Source of the DNA: Oceanobacter antarcticus
Lineage (GTDB): Bacteria; Pseudomonadota; Gammaproteobacteria; Pseudomonadales; Oceanobacteraceae
NCBI RefSeq assembly: GCF_044962685.1
Contig: NZ_JBBKTX010000028.1
Coordinates: forward strand, 32,225 to 56,224
Length of the DNA: 24,000 nucleotides
Reading direction: 5' to 3'
The notes beneath the pieces were generated by a model. That model did no database searches. It was not told where the DNA came from and was given only the letters and a program-made list of their open reading frames with translations. Positions 22,630 through 24,000 of this stretch are shown here, one piece after another (position 1 is the stretch's first letter; every line of letters starts with the position of its first letter). The position numbers were made by a program, and so were the translations under genes.

Positions 22630-24000
22630 ATGAAATCACTCCATATCATAAAATCTCTCTGGTTTTGGTTGATCTTATTGGTATTAGCAGCCGCTGGCAC
22701 CGCCTGGACAACCGGGCACTATAGGTGGCCATGGAGCGAAGTCCAATACCCGAAGGAGATTATGGATCGCGCCGAAGCATTGCATGAGCGAATACTTGCT
22801 TTCGACAGTCATATCGACATACCCACAGACTTCAATACTGAAGGTAAGGAGGCTGATACCGACGGCCCTTATCAGTTCGACCTGGTTAAAGCTGGCAAGG
22901 GAAGACTGTCCGGCGCGGCACTGACTATTTTTGCCTGGCCGGAAATGTGGAACGGCCCCAACGGCCCCCACCGCCCCACTCCCGGCATGGTAGAAAGCGC
23001 ACGCCACGAACAAGAAGTGCGTTACCGCATCATTCAAAACATCGCCCGCGACTACCCCAACCGTGCGGGTATCGCCTATAACCCAGAAGATTTCTATCGC
23101 TTGGTGGATGAAGGTAAATTTGCCATCGTTATCAGCATGCTCAATGCCTATCCCCTGGGTGAGGATATCTCCCTGCTCGACCACTGGGCCGCCCGCGGCA
23201 TGCGTATGTTCGGCTTCAGTTTTACCGGCAACAACGCTTGGGCGGACTCGTCCCGGCCAATGGCATTTTTTAACGACACGCCCGACGCTCTGGGCGGGCT
23301 TTCAGAACTGGGAAAGCAAGCGGTCAAACGTCTCAATGGTCTGGGCGTCATCATTGATGTATCACAAATGTCCACTAGCGCGGTGGAACAGGTTGCCCAG
23401 CTCACCCAGGCCCCCATCGTCGCCTCCCATTCCGCCGTGCGTGGCATCGTGGATATTCCCCGCAACCTGAGTGATCGCGAGCTGCACCTGATTAAAGATA
23501 CTGGAGGCGTAGTGCAAATTGTGGGCTTTTCGACCTATTTAAAACCCTTAAGCAATCAAACTCTGGAAAAACTCAATCAACTACGGGGAAAATTTGAACT
23601 CCCTCCATTGGAAACCCTGGAAAACCTCGCCTATGCCCATATGCCCGGCGACCCGGTCATTACCATCTGGCCGGAACAGAAATTCGCGGAGTACGCCAGC
23701 GCCCTTTACGGTATTGTCGAGGAAGAACCAAAAGCCACACTGAATGATTTTGCCAACACCATCGACTATGCCGTCAAAAAAATCGGCATCGACCATGTAG
23801 GCATCAGTTCCGATTTTAACGACGGTGGTGGCGTAGTGGGCTGGGAGGATGTGGGTGATATTCGTAACCTGACCGCCGAACTGATGCTGCGTGGCTACTC
23901 GGATAACGATATCGAAAAACTCTGGGGCGGTAATTTCTTTCGTGTCTGGAAACAGGTGCAGGCACACCAGAAAACCGTTGATATCTCAGGCACCAACTAG
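22630..24000 (+). CDS. pvdM: Membrane-anchored renal-dipeptidase-family (peptidase M19) protein PvdM
   Basis: M19 pattern: FDSHIDIP..., GRLSGAALTIF, VIIDVSQMS, PIVASHSAVRG, HVGISSDFNDGGGV.GWED. N-terminal signal anchor: LWFWLILLVLAAAGTAW. It is divergent from pvdP, as in P. aeruginosa. The track ORF starts at TTG 22513. I prefer ATG 22630, which has GAGG 5 nt upstream. The TAG stop is the last codon of the window. Confidence 0.8.
   Translation: MKSLHIIKSLWFWLILLVLAAAGTAWTTGHYRWPWSEVQYPKEIMDRAEALHERILAFDSHIDIPTDFNTEGKEADTDGPYQFDLVKAGKGRLSGAALTIFAWPEMWNGPNGPHRPTPGMVESARHEQEVRYRIIQNIARDYPNRAGIAYNPEDFYRLVDEGKFAIVISMLNAYPLGEDISLLDHWAARGMRMFGFSFTGNNAWADSSRPMAFFNDTPDALGGLSELGKQAVKRLNGLGVIIDVSQMSTSAVEQVAQLTQAPIVASHSAVRGIVDIPRNLSDRELHLIKDTGGVVQIVGFSTYLKPLSNQTLEKLNQLRGKFELPPLETLENLAYAHMPGDPVITIWPEQKFAEYASALYGIVEEEPKATLNDFANTIDYAVKKIGIDHVGISSDFNDGGGVVGWEDVGDIRNLTAELMLRGYSDNDIEKLWGGNFFRVWKQVQAHQKTVDISGTN

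Noticed and set aside
1-24000. CRISPR arrays, tRNA/rRNA genes, integrase genes and att-like tRNA fragments
   Set aside because: I saw no regularly spaced direct repeats, no cloverleaf-compatible GC-rich ~75-nt segments in the intergenic regions, and no recombinase-like ORF. The only mobile-element trace is the IS21 relic.

Overview
This looks like a gammaproteobacterial chromosomal window of roughly 50% GC (by eye, heterogeneous). I support 17 protein-coding genes and one transposase relic. I found no rRNA, tRNA or CRISPR.

Left part (1-3384, minus strand): a tightly packed three-gene condensin-like operon. It reads kleisin-like 504 aa, then a DUF4194-like 289 aa protein, then an SMC-type ATPase that runs off the left edge. 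This is the Wadjet (JetABC) / MksFEB architecture.

Next come ordinary genes: an MTHFR-family protein, nhaA, a grxA-like glutaredoxin, and a two-gene RND efflux pair (adaptor plus 1085-aa permease) with no outer-membrane factor or regulator nearby.

Positions 10.9-11.8 kb are debris: a frameshifted unknown ORF and the N-terminal HTH stub of an IS21-family transposase, with three copies of a terminal repeat motif.

Right half (11.9-24.0 kb): an HDAC/acetylpolyamine-amidohydrolase-like gene followed by a pyoverdine-type siderophore tailoring and maturation cluster. The cluster holds an FpvR/FecR-like anti-sigma factor, an EntD-type PPTase, pvdQ, pvdF, pvdA, pvdP, a YceI-family gene and pvdM.

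The most informative thing I read directly from the DNA is a set of exact PvdS-type iron-starvation boxes (TAAAT-N16-CGT). One sits in the correct orientation upstream of each of pvdQ, pvdA and yceI-pvdP, and a GAAAT-N16-CGT variant sits upstream of pvdM.

The best candidates for undescribed biology are three departures from the canonical pvd locus. First, a periplasmic YceI-family lipid-binding protein is the first gene of an IS-box-driven yceI-pvdP operon. Second, PvdQ has a lipoprotein signal and is translationally coupled to a dedicated PPTase. Third, the anti-sigma factor is orphaned.

Nothing here forces the conclusion that a wholly new system is present. All family assignments come from motif and sequence recall, not from a search.
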